From contig NZ_JAQNDL010000002.1 of assembly GCF_028368995.1 (NCBI RefSeq), positions 256,001-320,000 on the forward strand: 64,000 nt of DNA, given 5' to 3'. Below the pieces are notes generated by a model, which saw nothing but the letters and a program-made list of their open reading frames with translations, was not told where the DNA came from and did not search any database. The stretch comes from Nannocystis bainbridge (GTDB lineage Bacteria > Myxococcota_A > Polyangia > Nannocystales > Nannocystaceae). The position numbers and the translations under genes are program-made. Positions 39,497 to 48,900 of this stretch are shown here, one piece after another (the stretch's first letter is position 1; each line of letters starts with the position of its first letter).

Positions 39497-40723
39497 TCAG
39501 GCCCGCGGGAAAGTGCTGCTTTCTGCAACGACGTCGGCCAGCAGGTCGGCGACGGTGTGCGCCTCTTCCACGGTGAGGCACAGCGGCGGGCAGATGAATA
39601 AAAGATTGTCGCGGTACGGGACGTAGGCGCCGCGCTCGAGCAGGCGAGCGGCCAGCGGGGCGGCGGGGCGGTCGAGCTCGAGGCAGCGCATCAGGCCGAG
39701 GCCGCGGCTGTCGCGGACGGCGCCGCGCAGGGATGGCTTTTGGGACATGTCCTGAAAGCGCTCCGCGAACACGCCACCGACCTGGTCGGCGTTCTCGGGC
39801 AGGCGCTGCTCGGCGTAGACCTCGAGCGCGCCGAGAGCGGCCGCGCAGCCGACCGGGTGGGCGTAGTGGGTGACGCCGCACCATAACTTGTGGTCGTCGA
39901 AGTGAGCGGCGACCTTCGCGGAGGCCATGACTGCGGACAGCGGGGCGTAGCCGCTGGTGAGGCCCTTGCCGAGCACCATGAGGTCGGGCTGCACGCCCCA
40001 GTGCTCGCGCGCGAACCACCGGCCGGTGCGGCCGAAGCCGCTGAAGATCTCGTCGTCGACGAGCAGGATGCCGTGGCGGTCGCACACCGAGCGCACCGCG
40101 GGCCAGAAGTCGGGCGGCGGGGGCTGCATGCCGTTGGTGCCGGTGAAGCCCTCGAGCACGATCGCGGCGATGGTCTCGGGGCCCTCGCGCTCGACGACCT
40201 CGTGCAGGCTCTGGGCCCACGCCGAGGGCTCGCCGGCGGGCGCGGGGTACGGGTCGTCGATGTGGATCGCGGGCGCGAGGTCGGCGGCGAACGGGGCGCG
40301 GCGCGGGTCGCCGGCGATGCCGAGCGTCGCCAGGGTGGCGCCGTGGTAGCTGCGGCGGCGCGTGACGATCTTGCTGCGGCCGGTGTAGAGGCGGGCGATC
40401 TTGATCGCGTTCTCGACCGCCTCGGCGCCGCCGGAGGCGAGGAAGGCCCGGGCGAGGCCGGTGCGCTCGGCCAGCGCGGCGGTGAGCTGCTCGCGGACCT
40501 CGAGGCGCATGTTGGGCCCGGCGACCGGGAGCTCGCGGATCTGGGCGATCATCCGCTCCTGAATGTGGCGCACGCCGTGGCCGGCGTTGACGTTGTAGGT
40601 CTGGCTCTCGAGGTCCCACAACCAGCCGTGCTCGCGGGTGCGGAAGCGGGCGCCCTCGGCGGCGTCGACGGTGAGCGGGTGGGCGTTTCGCTGGGCGGAC
40701 CAGGTGTAGAAGATATGGCTCAT
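39497..40723 (-). CDS. Class III PLP-dependent aminotransferase (omega-amino acid type)
   Basis: GGAEAVENA, SYHGAT, DDEIFSGFGRTG, PDLMVLGKGLTSGY; ATGA overlap with the C45 gene. Confidence 0.92.
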   Translation of the reverse strand: MSHIFYTWSAQRNAHPLTVDAAEGARFRTREHGWLWDLESQTYNVNAGHGVRHIQERMIAQIRELPVAGPNMRLEVREQLTAALAERTGLARAFLASGGAEAVENAIKIARLYTGRSKIVTRRRSYHGATLATLGIAGDPRRAPFAADLAPAIHIDDPYPAPAGEPSAWAQSLHEVVEREGPETIAAIVLEGFTGTNGMQPPPPDFWPAVRSVCDRHGILLVDDEIFSGFGRTGRWFAREHWGVQPDLMVLGKGLTSGYAPLSAVMASAKVAAHFDDHKLWCGVTHYAHPVGCAAALGALEVYAEQRLPENADQVGGVFAERFQDMSQKPSLRGAVRDSRGLGLMRCLELDRPAAPLAARLLERGAYVPYRDNLLFICPPLCLTVEEAHTVADLLADVVAESSTFPRA

Positions 40724-41883
40724 GGGACATGTCCTCCGCGCCAGCGATCGAGCTGGACCACGGTGAACGGCTCGGTCTGGCCGCAGCCGCGGCCGACCAG
40801 GACCTGGCCGCGGGAGAGGTCGATGATCATGCGGCCGCAGGTCTTGGAGGCGGACGGATCGCCGCCGCCGTCGTCGATGTGCGAGCAGACCGAGCGGGGG
40901 AAGCCGTCGTGGCTCGACAGCATGGTCCACAGGGCGCGGGCGTCCTGCGGGCGCTGCTGGACGTAGAGGGTGGTGGCCAGCTCCATGCGGCGGAACGAGG
41001 TGCTGGCCTTCGGGACAGCTTCGTGCTGGCGCAGGATCGGGTCGAAGCAATGGTTGGTGTGGAGGTGGGCCGCGCGGGCGCCGACCTGGGTGACGACCTT
41101 GAGCTTGCCGGAGGTCTCGACGCCGAAGAACTCGCGGCCGTCGGCGATCATGTAGTGGTGACCCGAGGACAGGCGGGTGCGCAGCAGCAGGTCGCGGGCC
41201 TCGCGGGCGCTGGCGCAGGCCAGCATGGCGCGCACGAGCGCGGGCCAGACCACGCCGACCTGACCGTCGGTGCTGGACAGGTTGTTGATGGTGACGGCGA
41301 GGCCGCTGGCGCTGACGCCGGTCATGCCGAGGCAGCCGGTCAGGGTGAAGCAGACGACCTCGTCGTCGCCGCGCCTGGGCTTGATGCGGATGGCGCGCAC
41401 GTAGGGCTCGGCGGTGCCGTGCATGTCCCAGGTCTGGCCGAGCACCGGGGCGTCGTGGCCGGGCAAGTAGACGGCGGTGCAGCCGCCCGGATCGTCGTCG
41501 TCGTCGTTGGTGTTGAGGGCGTGGAAGGTGTCCGAAACGACAGGGTCTTCCGGACATGTCCCTTCGAGCACGCTCGGCGGGACGTCGCGCAGGTCGGTGT
41601 AGTGGTTGAGGATGACGACCGCCTCGGGGGTGACGGCGGCGCCGCGGGCGATGCCCCGCAGCTCGGCGGCCAGCGGCGCCGAGAAGTTGTCGAGCAGCGG
41701 GAGGTGGAGCCGGGCGACGTCGTCGAGCTGGGCGCGGCCGGAGAACGAGCCCTTCTTGAGCGCGAGCGCGGCGCGGATCTCGACGAGCTCGCGGATCTCG
41801 GCCCGCCACAGCTCGCCGTGGGCCTCGCCGCGGGCGGCCGGGTCGTCTTGATCGAACAGGAACGGTGCGAAGGAGTCGGTCAC
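40720..41883 (-). CDS. C45 family autoproteolytic acyltransferase/hydrolase (Ntn fold)
   Basis: RGEAHG, ELRGIARGA, GG/CT processing site, GQTWD, GLAVTINNL, HTNH; GTGA overlap. Confidence 0.85.
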   Translation of the reverse strand: MTDSFAPFLFDQDDPAARGEAHGELWRAEIRELVEIRAALALKKGSFSGRAQLDDVARLHLPLLDNFSAPLAAELRGIARGAAVTPEAVVILNHYTDLRDVPPSVLEGTCPEDPVVSDTFHALNTNDDDDDPGGCTAVYLPGHDAPVLGQTWDMHGTAEPYVRAIRIKPRRGDDEVVCFTLTGCLGMTGVSASGLAVTINNLSSTDGQVGVVWPALVRAMLACASAREARDLLLRTRLSSGHHYMIADGREFFGVETSGKLKVVTQVGARAAHLHTNHCFDPILRQHEAVPKASTSFRRMELATTLYVQQRPQDARALWTMLSSHDGFPRSVCSHIDDGGGDPSASKTCGRMIIDLSRGQVLVGRGCGQTEPFTVVQLDRWRGGHVP

Positions 41884-44800
41884 GCGGGGCTCCGGGCCTC
41901 GTCGATGGCGGCCAGCACGCGGCGGCGCAGGTCGCCGGTGATGGTGGCGGGCGAGATGGTGAGCGGCGGGGCGAACACGAGGGTGTCGGGCAGGCCGTTG
42001 CCGAGGTAGAGGCCGCGGTGCAGGCAGGCCTGGTCGACGGCCTCGGCGACGGCGACGCTGGGGAAGGTGATGGTGCGGTAGAGGCCGACGCCGCCGAGCC
42101 GCGCGCCGGGGCAGGCGGGCAGGACGTCGTGCTGCAGCAGCTCGTCGAGGGCGGCGATCGACTCGGCGAGGTCGAGCCGCCGGGCGGCCCGCAGGTGCTC
42201 GTGGGCGCGGATCGCCGACAGCTCGTCGCCGTCCCAGGTCGAGATCAGGACCAGCGGCTTCTTGATGAAGTAGCGGTCGCCGACGAAGATGTGGCCGATC
42301 TGGCCGCCGGGGTACCAGAGCACCATGTCGGGCACGACGTCGGTGGGCAGGGTGTCGACGCCCCAGGCGGCGCCGCCGGTGCGGTAGCAGCCGCTGGCGG
42401 CCTCGACGAGCACGAGCGGGATGTCGTGGGCGCGGCAGGCGGCCGCCAGCACGCGCGCGGGCTCGCCGGCGAGGACCCGGCCCGAGCGCTCGCCGACGAC
42501 CTCGACGAACAGGCCGAGGATCTTGTCGGCACCTTGCCTTTCGACCAGGTCCTTGAGGCCAGCTTCGAAGCCGGCGGGGTCGTCCTCGGGGTGAGGCAGG
42601 CGCGGGAACTCGAACAGGGCCAGGCCGTCGCCGAAGCCGGCCGGGTCGGACAGGCTGCGCGCGGCGGCGGTGACGTGGCCGAGGTAGCCGCCCTGCAGGC
42701 CGACCGCGAGCTGGCCCTGCGGGCGGCTGAGGCGGAGGCAGCGCAGCGCCTTGTCGACGGTCTCGTCGCGCGACGAGGTGAAGTACATGTGGCCGGTGCC
42801 GCGCGGGGCGAGCAGGCGCAGGTGCTCGCTGTAGTGGACGGTGTCGACGGTGGCGTAGTTGCTGAGGTTGATGCGGCTGGCGGTCGGGCCGACCAGCTCG
42901 TGGCCGGCCATGAACGCCGGCGTGGCCCCGAACGGCTGCTGCAGGCCGCTGGCGAGGTCGAGGATGCCCTCGTCGTTCGGCGCGCGCGGGACCGGCGGCG
43001 GGACCAGCGGGATCCGGTAGTAGTCGGCCAGCGCGTTGCCCTCGTACTGGTGCGTCAGGCGGACCACCGGGAAGGCGCCGTACGAGCGGTTGAGGCCGGC
43101 CATGGCGTCGGTGGTGCCGACGCGGTTGCGGCCCGAGACGTAGGAGAAGCCGTGGACCTTGGCCCACTGGACCTGGGCGCGCTTGAGCAGGCGACCGACG
43201 CCGCGGGCCCGCGCGGCCTCGGCGACGGTGACGTCGGCCGAGTAGAAGGTGTCGCCGAGGCCGAGGCGCTCGTCCTGGCTGGCGCCCGAGACGCCGCGGA
43301 AGCCCTCGAGCGGGCCGCCGAAGCAGAAGCCGAGGATCGAGCCGCTGGCGGTGTCGACGGCGCACAGGCCGAGGCCGGTGGCGGCGGCGCGGCGCAGGTA
43401 GGCCTCGCTGTCGCGGCGCGCGGGCTCGTAGCTGGTGTTCTCGATGACCATGATCTGCGGCCAGTCGCGCTCCTCGATCGGGCGCACGATCACGGCCGGG
43501 TCGCTGTCGGCGGTCTGACCCTCGGGGACCCAATCCTTGGCTGTCTTGTCGGACAGGCGCGCGAGCGACTCGTGGATCCGCTTGAACAGGTCGTCGACGA
43601 CGCGCTCGTCCCAGCCGGCGCTGAAGCGGAACCGGATCGTGCGCTCGCCGGCGGGGTAGGTCATGAGGCCCCGCTGGTAGCGCTGGTCGATGAAGGCGGT
43701 CTGAGCGGCGGTGTCGGGCAGGTCGAAGGCGAGGGCGGTGCCGGCGAGGCGGACGTCGCCGACGAGGCCGGGGAAGGCGGCGGCGAGCGCCTCGGCGCGC
43801 GGGCGCAGCAGGCTCTCGAGGTAGGTCTGGTCGCGCGAGGTCTCGAGCTGGATGAGGCCGCGCAGGGCCGAGGCGACGTGGACCTGGTTGCTCTCGGGGT
43901 CGGGCCAGCGCGACAGGACGACGCCGAGGCCGGCCTTCTTGGCGCAGGTCAGGATGTCGGGCGCGGTGGCCTCGTCGCCGCCGAGGCCGAGGCGGGTCCA
44001 CCAGAAGAACGGGCCGCCGGTGGCGAAGCCGGTCTGGACCTCGTCGACGACCAGCGGCAGCTTGCGCGCGCGGGCCAGCTTGCACAGGCCGAGCAAGAAC
44101 TCGCGGCGCAGGTAGACATCACCGCCCTCGGCCTGCATCGGCTCGACGACGATGGCGTAGATCTCGTGACCGCGAGCGTCGAGCAGGCGCTCGACCTCGT
44201 CGAGGTCGGCGTGGCTGAACACGGCCTCGTAGCCCTCGAACTCGAAGGGGGCGCGCTTGTCCGGGTTCCAGGTGGCGGCGAGGGTGGCGAGGGTGCGGCC
44301 GTGGAAGCCGTCGCGGAAGGCGAGCACGCGCCGGCGCGGGCCGTCGACCGGCGGCGGGGCGTGCAGGCGAGCGATGCGCAGCGCCTTCTCGTTGGCCTCG
44401 GCACCGCCGGCGCAGACGAAGCTGACGTGGTCGAGCGCGGGCGGGGCCAGCCGCTCGAGCGCCTCCTCGTAGGCGGCCAGCTCGGGCACGTGGTGCACCG
44501 TGGTGTCGGGGTTGCTCCACAGGCAGTGGTCGAAGCGGCCGGTGTAGAGCGCCTTGACGATGCCCGGGTGATAGAAGCCGTGCGTCAGGGTGGCGATCTG
44601 TGAGCAGGCGTCGAGCAAGGTGAGCGGCCGGGCGTCGACCGAGACCATGTAGGGGCCCGAGCTGCGGCGGGTGTCGACGACCATCGGCTTCTTCTCGCGG
44701 ACGGTGAAGCCGCCGCCGTAGAAGCGCTCGAGCAGGGCCGCCGACTCCGGCAGCTCGCCGCCGGGCGGGATCCGTACGCGCCTCGTCTCGCGCTCGAAGA

Positions 44801-44900
44801 TCGCCCGCGGGCGCGGCGCCTCGGACCGTTGGCTCGACTCGAGGGCGTCGAGCCGGGCGTTGAGATCGAGTTCGCGGCCTGAATCCGGTTCAATAGACAC
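41880..44900 (-). CDS. Fusion protein: class III aminotransferase + GNAT acetyltransferase + degenerate aminotransferase domain
   Basis: GAEANEKA, FHGRT, VEPMQAEGGD, DEVQTG, TCAKK; GNAT V.EAARARGVGRLL; C-terminal copy with SRDETVDKAL but no PLP lysine; start uncertain. Confidence 0.85.
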   Translation of the reverse strand: MSIEPDSGRELDLNARLDALESSQRSEAPRPRAIFERETRRVRIPPGGELPESAALLERFYGGGFTVREKKPMVVDTRRSSGPYMVSVDARPLTLLDACSQIATLTHGFYHPGIVKALYTGRFDHCLWSNPDTTVHHVPELAAYEEALERLAPPALDHVSFVCAGGAEANEKALRIARLHAPPPVDGPRRRVLAFRDGFHGRTLATLAATWNPDKRAPFEFEGYEAVFSHADLDEVERLLDARGHEIYAIVVEPMQAEGGDVYLRREFLLGLCKLARARKLPLVVDEVQTGFATGGPFFWWTRLGLGGDEATAPDILTCAKKAGLGVVLSRWPDPESNQVHVASALRGLIQLETSRDQTYLESLLRPRAEALAAAFPGLVGDVRLAGTALAFDLPDTAAQTAFIDQRYQRGLMTYPAGERTIRFRFSAGWDERVVDDLFKRIHESLARLSDKTAKDWVPEGQTADSDPAVIVRPIEERDWPQIMVIENTSYEPARRDSEAYLRRAAATGLGLCAVDTASGSILGFCFGGPLEGFRGVSGASQDERLGLGDTFYSADVTVAEAARARGVGRLLKRAQVQWAKVHGFSYVSGRNRVGTTDAMAGLNRSYGAFPVVRLTHQYEGNALADYYRIPLVPPPVPRAPNDEGILDLASGLQQPFGATPAFMAGHELVGPTASRINLSNYATVDTVHYSEHLRLLAPRGTGHMYFTSSRDETVDKALRCLRLSRPQGQLAVGLQGGYLGHVTAAARSLSDPAGFGDGLALFEFPRLPHPEDDPAGFEAGLKDLVERQGADKILGLFVEVVGERSGRVLAGEPARVLAAACRAHDIPLVLVEAASGCYRTGGAAWGVDTLPTDVVPDMVLWYPGGQIGHIFVGDRYFIKKPLVLISTWDGDELSAIRAHEHLRAARRLDLAESIAALDELLQHDVLPACPGARLGGVGLYRTITFPSVAVAEAVDQACLHRGLYLGNGLPDTLVFAPPLTISPATITGDLRRRVLAAIDEARSPA

Positions 44901-45055
44901 GGGTCGAAGTGTATCGCCGCGGCCTTGGGCTCGCTGTGCCGCCCGTGCGGCGGGCGGCGAGGCCGCCCTCACGCGTGGGCCGATTCACGCGCCTGGGCCC
45001 GTCGGCGGGGCCCGAGGTGGTGGACCGCACGTCGGCGCGGGGGTAGGCTCGCTCC

Positions 45056-45913
45056 ATGGCCCGGGCCGATCTTCACACGGCGTTTTTCGGCGGGCGGGGC
45101 TTCACGCTCTACCACGCCACAGGCGCGCACGGGAGCCGCCCGCTCACGCCGCATTTCCACGACGAGTACCTCATCTGCGCCCAGCTGGCCGGGCACGAGG
45201 AGTGTCACGTGGCCGGTCGGCTGTTCAGCTTCGAGCCCGGCGACGTGGTGCTGATGAACCCGCAGCAGGTCCACACCGGCAACACCCGCGGCAGCAGCGA
45301 CGTCGACTACATCACGCTGTACGTCGACCGTCGGCTGGCGCTCGGCCTGGTCGAGGACGCCGCCGGGCCGCGCTGCGCGCCCGAGTTCACCAGCGTGCGC
45401 GTGAGCGGCCGCGTCGAGCTGGTGGCGGCCATCACGGCGCTGCACGACCTGGTGCGCAGCGAGGACGCGCCGGGCCGCACGCTCGAGGTCGAGGCCGCGC
45501 TGCAGACGGTGGTCAGCCACGCGTTCACCGAGTTCTCCAACCTGCGCGAGCCGCTGCGGCGCTCGACCAACCGCGTCGCCCACCGCAAGATCGCCCGCGT
45601 CGTCGACTTCATCCGCAGCCTCGACCCGCGCATCGACCCGACCACGCTGTCGCTCGACGAGCTGGCGGGCGTGGCCGAGCTGTCGAAGTACCACTTCCTG
45701 CGCCAGTTCGCGCAGGTGGTCGGGATGACGCCGGGGGCCTATCTGCGCACGCTCCGGCTGTGCCAGGCGGCCCGCGAGCTGCGGACCTCGCGGCGCTCTA
45801 TCCTCGAGATCGCGCTGGGCGCCGGCTTCGCCGATCACCCGAGCTTCTCGCGGGCTTTTGCCCGCCATATGGGGATGACGCCGAGCCAGTATCAGGCTCT
45901 GGGGCCGCTCTAG
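45056..45913 (+). CDS. AraC family transcriptional regulator
   Basis: HFHDEY cupin; LDELAGVAELSKYHFLRQF; GFADHPSFSRAF..GMTPSQY. Confidence 0.93.
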   Translation: MARADLHTAFFGGRGFTLYHATGAHGSRPLTPHFHDEYLICAQLAGHEECHVAGRLFSFEPGDVVLMNPQQVHTGNTRGSSDVDYITLYVDRRLALGLVEDAAGPRCAPEFTSVRVSGRVELVAAITALHDLVRSEDAPGRTLEVEAALQTVVSHAFTEFSNLREPLRRSTNRVAHRKIARVVDFIRSLDPRIDPTTLSLDELAGVAELSKYHFLRQFAQVVGMTPGAYLRTLRLCQAARELRTSRRSILEIALGAGFADHPSFSRAFARHMGMTPSQYQALGPL

Positions 45914-47132
45914 CGGCCACGCGCTCGGCGTCGTCCTCGCGCAGGGCCGGGTCGACGTCGGCGTCCGGGTCGTCGGCCTCGTCGTCGTCGATCTCGGCGG
46001 TCTCGGGGGCACGCGCCGCGAGCTCGGCCACGGCCGGGCGCAGGGTCAGCAGGCCGAGGTGGCCGGGCACGACCGCGAGGCCGAGGGCGAGCTGCTCGGC
46101 GGCGGCGGCCGCGTCCTCGCGCTCCAGCGCGTCGCGCACGGCGGCCTCCTGGGCGGCGGCGAACATCGGGTTGTGGGTCAGGGCGGCGGCGGCGAGGGCG
46201 GCTCGCTCGGCGTCGGCCTTGGCGTCCTGGCGCGAGAGACCTGGCTTTTCGGGCATGTCCTTCGGGGCCTGCTCCGAAGGACCGGGCGCTTCGGACATGT
46301 CCTTAGGAGCCTGTCCCGAAGGACCTGGCCTTTCGGACTTGCCCGAGAGGGCGAGGCAGGCGAGCGCCAGGCAGTGGGCGCGCAGGCCGGGCTCGGTGGC
46401 CCGCTCGGCGGCCTTGCGGAAGGCGGCGACGGCGTCGCCGAGCTTGCCCTCGCCCTGGCGGACGCGGCCGAGCTCGAGGTGGCCCCACACGAACTCGGGG
46501 GCGCGGCGCAGCAGCTGGCGCAGCTCCTGGGCCGCGCCGCGCAGCTCGCCGGCGCGGCGCAGCGACTGGGCCAGGCGGAACCGGGCCAGCGGGGCGTCGG
46601 GGTCGAGGTCGAGGTGGCGGCGCAGCAGCCGGCGCTCGGCCGCGGGGGTGAGCTCACCGTCGTCGCCGAACAGGTCGGACTGGTACTCGCCGTCCTCGTC
46701 GAACAGGACCGAGAACTCGCCGAGCAGGGCCAGGACCAAACGGTCGATCGAGGAGGCGCACGGCAGACGCTCGCCGTCCTCCTCGACGAGCACGACGTCG
46801 GCGCCCTCGGCGTGCGGGTCGGCGACGAGGACCAGGAGGTCGCGCCCGCGCTCGCCGATGACGCGGTCGCCGGGGCGCAACCGGCCGTCCTCGGCGGCGG
46901 CCTCGGTGGCGCCGGCGTGGTCGGCGAGCGGGTAGAGGCGAGCCTCGCCGCCTGCGAGATCGAGGCCGTCGTAGGTGCCCCACAGCAGGGCGAGGTCGGG
47001 ATCGATGCCGGAGGCCGCGAGGGCCTGCTCGCTGGCGGGGCCGCCGACGTCGTGGAGACCTTCGGGAGCGTCGCGCAGGCGGTCCTCGATGCGGTCGAGG
47101 TTGTTCAGGACGCGCCGGCGCTCCTCGCTCAT
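45798..47132 (-). CDS. SMI1/KNR4-like N-terminal domain plus TPR protein
   Basis: PASEQAL..LW.TYDG.DL..LYPL pattern; TPR helices; acidic tail; GGAGG RBS. Confidence 0.65.
   Translation of the reverse strand: MSEERRRVLNNLDRIEDRLRDAPEGLHDVGGPASEQALAASGIDPDLALLWGTYDGLDLAGGEARLYPLADHAGATEAAAEDGRLRPGDRVIGERGRDLLVLVADPHAEGADVVLVEEDGERLPCASSIDRLVLALLGEFSVLFDEDGEYQSDLFGDDGELTPAAERRLLRRHLDLDPDAPLARFRLAQSLRRAGELRGAAQELRQLLRRAPEFVWGHLELGRVRQGEGKLGDAVAAFRKAAERATEPGLRAHCLALACLALSGKSERPGPSGQAPKDMSEAPGPSEQAPKDMPEKPGLSRQDAKADAERAALAAAALTHNPMFAAAQEAAVRDALEREDAAAAAEQLALGLAVVPGHLGLLTLRPAVAELAARAPETAEIDDDEADDPDADVDPALREDDAERVAARAAPEPDTGSASSPYGGQKPARSSGDRRSRRPARSRG
46237..46344. repeat. Intragenic 14-bp phased array (8 cores)
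   Basis: Cores at 46240, 46254, 46268, 46282, 46296, 46310, 46324, 46338. Confidence 0.85.
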
Positions 47133-47550
47133 GGCGGGGCCTCCTAGCACGCCGGGCGGGCGCGCGCCAGATGCGGCAGGAGCGGGCGCAGAGGCCTGTC
47201 CGCAGCGGGAGGCGCCCGGCCCGTGAGACGCCGTCGGGCGGGCGGGACGCGTCCACGGAGCGGCAGGACGCGAATTCGGCGCCGCTCGAAGGCGCCGACG
47301 CCGGCCTCGCTGCGTCCGGGCGAGCGAGGTGGGCGCCGTGTCGAGGTCGGGGCGAAGGAGGCTTCGGGAGCCGCGAGCGGCGGAGGCTCGAGCCCATGTG
47401 CCTGGGCCCGAGCTCGATGGTCCGCGGAATCGACGACGACGTGGCCCGGGCGGCCAGCGAGGGCTGGGAGCGGGTGGTGCTGTCGCAGGGCGTGGTCTGC
47501 TTCAAGCGGCCGCGCGGAGATGATGCGAGTCGGCCGCTCCCGGGCGCGGG

Positions 47551-48900
47551 TCAGCCGGCGGGCTGCGCCCTGGCGGGCGTGGCGAGGACGCTCTGGGCGC
47601 CGTTGTGGACGCCGAGGATCACGAGCTCGCTCATGTTGCCGAGCATGGCCGCGAACACGGGGCCGCTGGGCTGAAAGCCGGCCGGCAAGGCGACGCTGCG
47701 CCAGGCGCCGGCGGGGTCGCGGTGGAGCAGGCCGGTCTCGGTCTGGGCCCACATGCCGCCGTCGCTGGTGGGCCAGATGCCGGCGAATTGCGGGCCCGCG
47801 GGGAGGACCTCGAGCTTCCAGCCGCCGGTCTCGTAATGCAGCAAGTGGTTGGTGTTCGGGTGGTCGCGCAAGGTGATCGAGACGCCGTGCTTCTGGCGCG
47901 GGATGCTCTGCAGCCATTCCCAGCTGCCCGGCGGCAGCGGGGTGCTGTGGGTCTGGACGCAGGCAGCGTCGGCGCAGGCGATCTGGACCCGATATTCGTC
48001 GTGCTTCGAGAGGGCGAAGAGGTCGCCGGCCTTGCTCTCGACGAGGTCGCGCAGGTGCCCGTGCACCTCCGGCAGCGACGGGTCGGCGAGGCCGTTGCCT
48101 GCGACGCGCACGAGCTTGTCGTCGAGGACGGCGAGGAAGCCGACGTTCCAGCTCTTGCGCACGGGGCCGAGCCGGTCGGTCATGACCCATTGATCGAGGT
48201 CGAGATCTTGCGGGACCCACCGACTCCCACCGCGCCATCGATGCAGTCGCATGCGCCCGATGTCGGCGCGGTCGCCTAATTGGCTGAACTCGACGGCCCA
48301 CGCCTCGTCGGGCCAATGACCGCTCATTGGCCACGCCGCGCCCGTGATCCCGGCGGGGGTCCAGGCGCCGGTGGGGTCGAGGGTGAAGAACTTCGGCGCC
48401 TCGCCGGCGAGCACGCCGGTGGCGAAGTAGCGGAAGCCGCCGGTCACGGGTGCGGCGGGGGTGACGACGGTGCGCCAGGCGACGGTGTGCTCGGTCGCGG
48501 CGATCGGCGCGGCGACGAGGGCGGCCGGGCCGGTCGGGGCCGAGGGGTCGGCCGAGGGGACGGCAGATGGATCGGCGTCGGGCTCGGGATCGGCGAGCGA
48601 GGGCAAGGCAGGCGCGCCAGGAGGGGCGTCGCTCGCGGGCGGCGTCTCGGGCGTGGGCGCGGCAGGGGCGGGCGTGGGCGCGGCAGGAGCGGGCGTGGGC
48701 GCGGCAGGAGCGGGCGTGGGCGCGGGCGCAGGCGCGGTCGCCGGGGCGGCGGGCGCAGGAGGAGCGGCGGGGGCGGCGGGCGTGGGCGCGACGTCGGCGG
48801 TCTTGCGGGCGTCGGCAGGAGGATTCGCGGTGCAGGCGGCGACGCCGAGGACGGCGGCGAGCGACGCGGAGAGGATGGTGGCACGGTCGGTCGTCGTCAT
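47551..48900 (-). CDS. Hypothetical lipoprotein with Pro/Ala-rich stalk
   Basis: VAAC lipobox; PAPAAPT repeats (21-bp units); Trp-rich beta domain. Confidence 0.7.
   Translation of the reverse strand: MTTTDRATILSASLAAVLGVAACTANPPADARKTADVAPTPAAPAAPPAPAAPATAPAPAPTPAPAAPTPAPAAPTPAPAAPTPETPPASDAPPGAPALPSLADPEPDADPSAVPSADPSAPTGPAALVAAPIAATEHTVAWRTVVTPAAPVTGGFRYFATGVLAGEAPKFFTLDPTGAWTPAGITGAAWPMSGHWPDEAWAVEFSQLGDRADIGRMRLHRWRGGSRWVPQDLDLDQWVMTDRLGPVRKSWNVGFLAVLDDKLVRVAGNGLADPSLPEVHGHLRDLVESKAGDLFALSKHDEYRVQIACADAACVQTHSTPLPPGSWEWLQSIPRQKHGVSITLRDHPNTNHLLHYETGGWKLEVLPAGPQFAGIWPTSDGGMWAQTETGLLHRDPAGAWRSVALPAGFQPSGPVFAAMLGNMSELVILGVHNGAQSVLATPARAQPAG

Noticed and set aside
39497-44900. Beta-lactam biosynthetic cluster
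   Set aside because: LAT-like and C45 genes are present, but there is no ACV synthetase, IPNS or beta-lactam synthetase in the window
48650-48790. 21-bp tandem repeat as a DNA element
   Set aside because: Explained by the PAPAAPT protein linker
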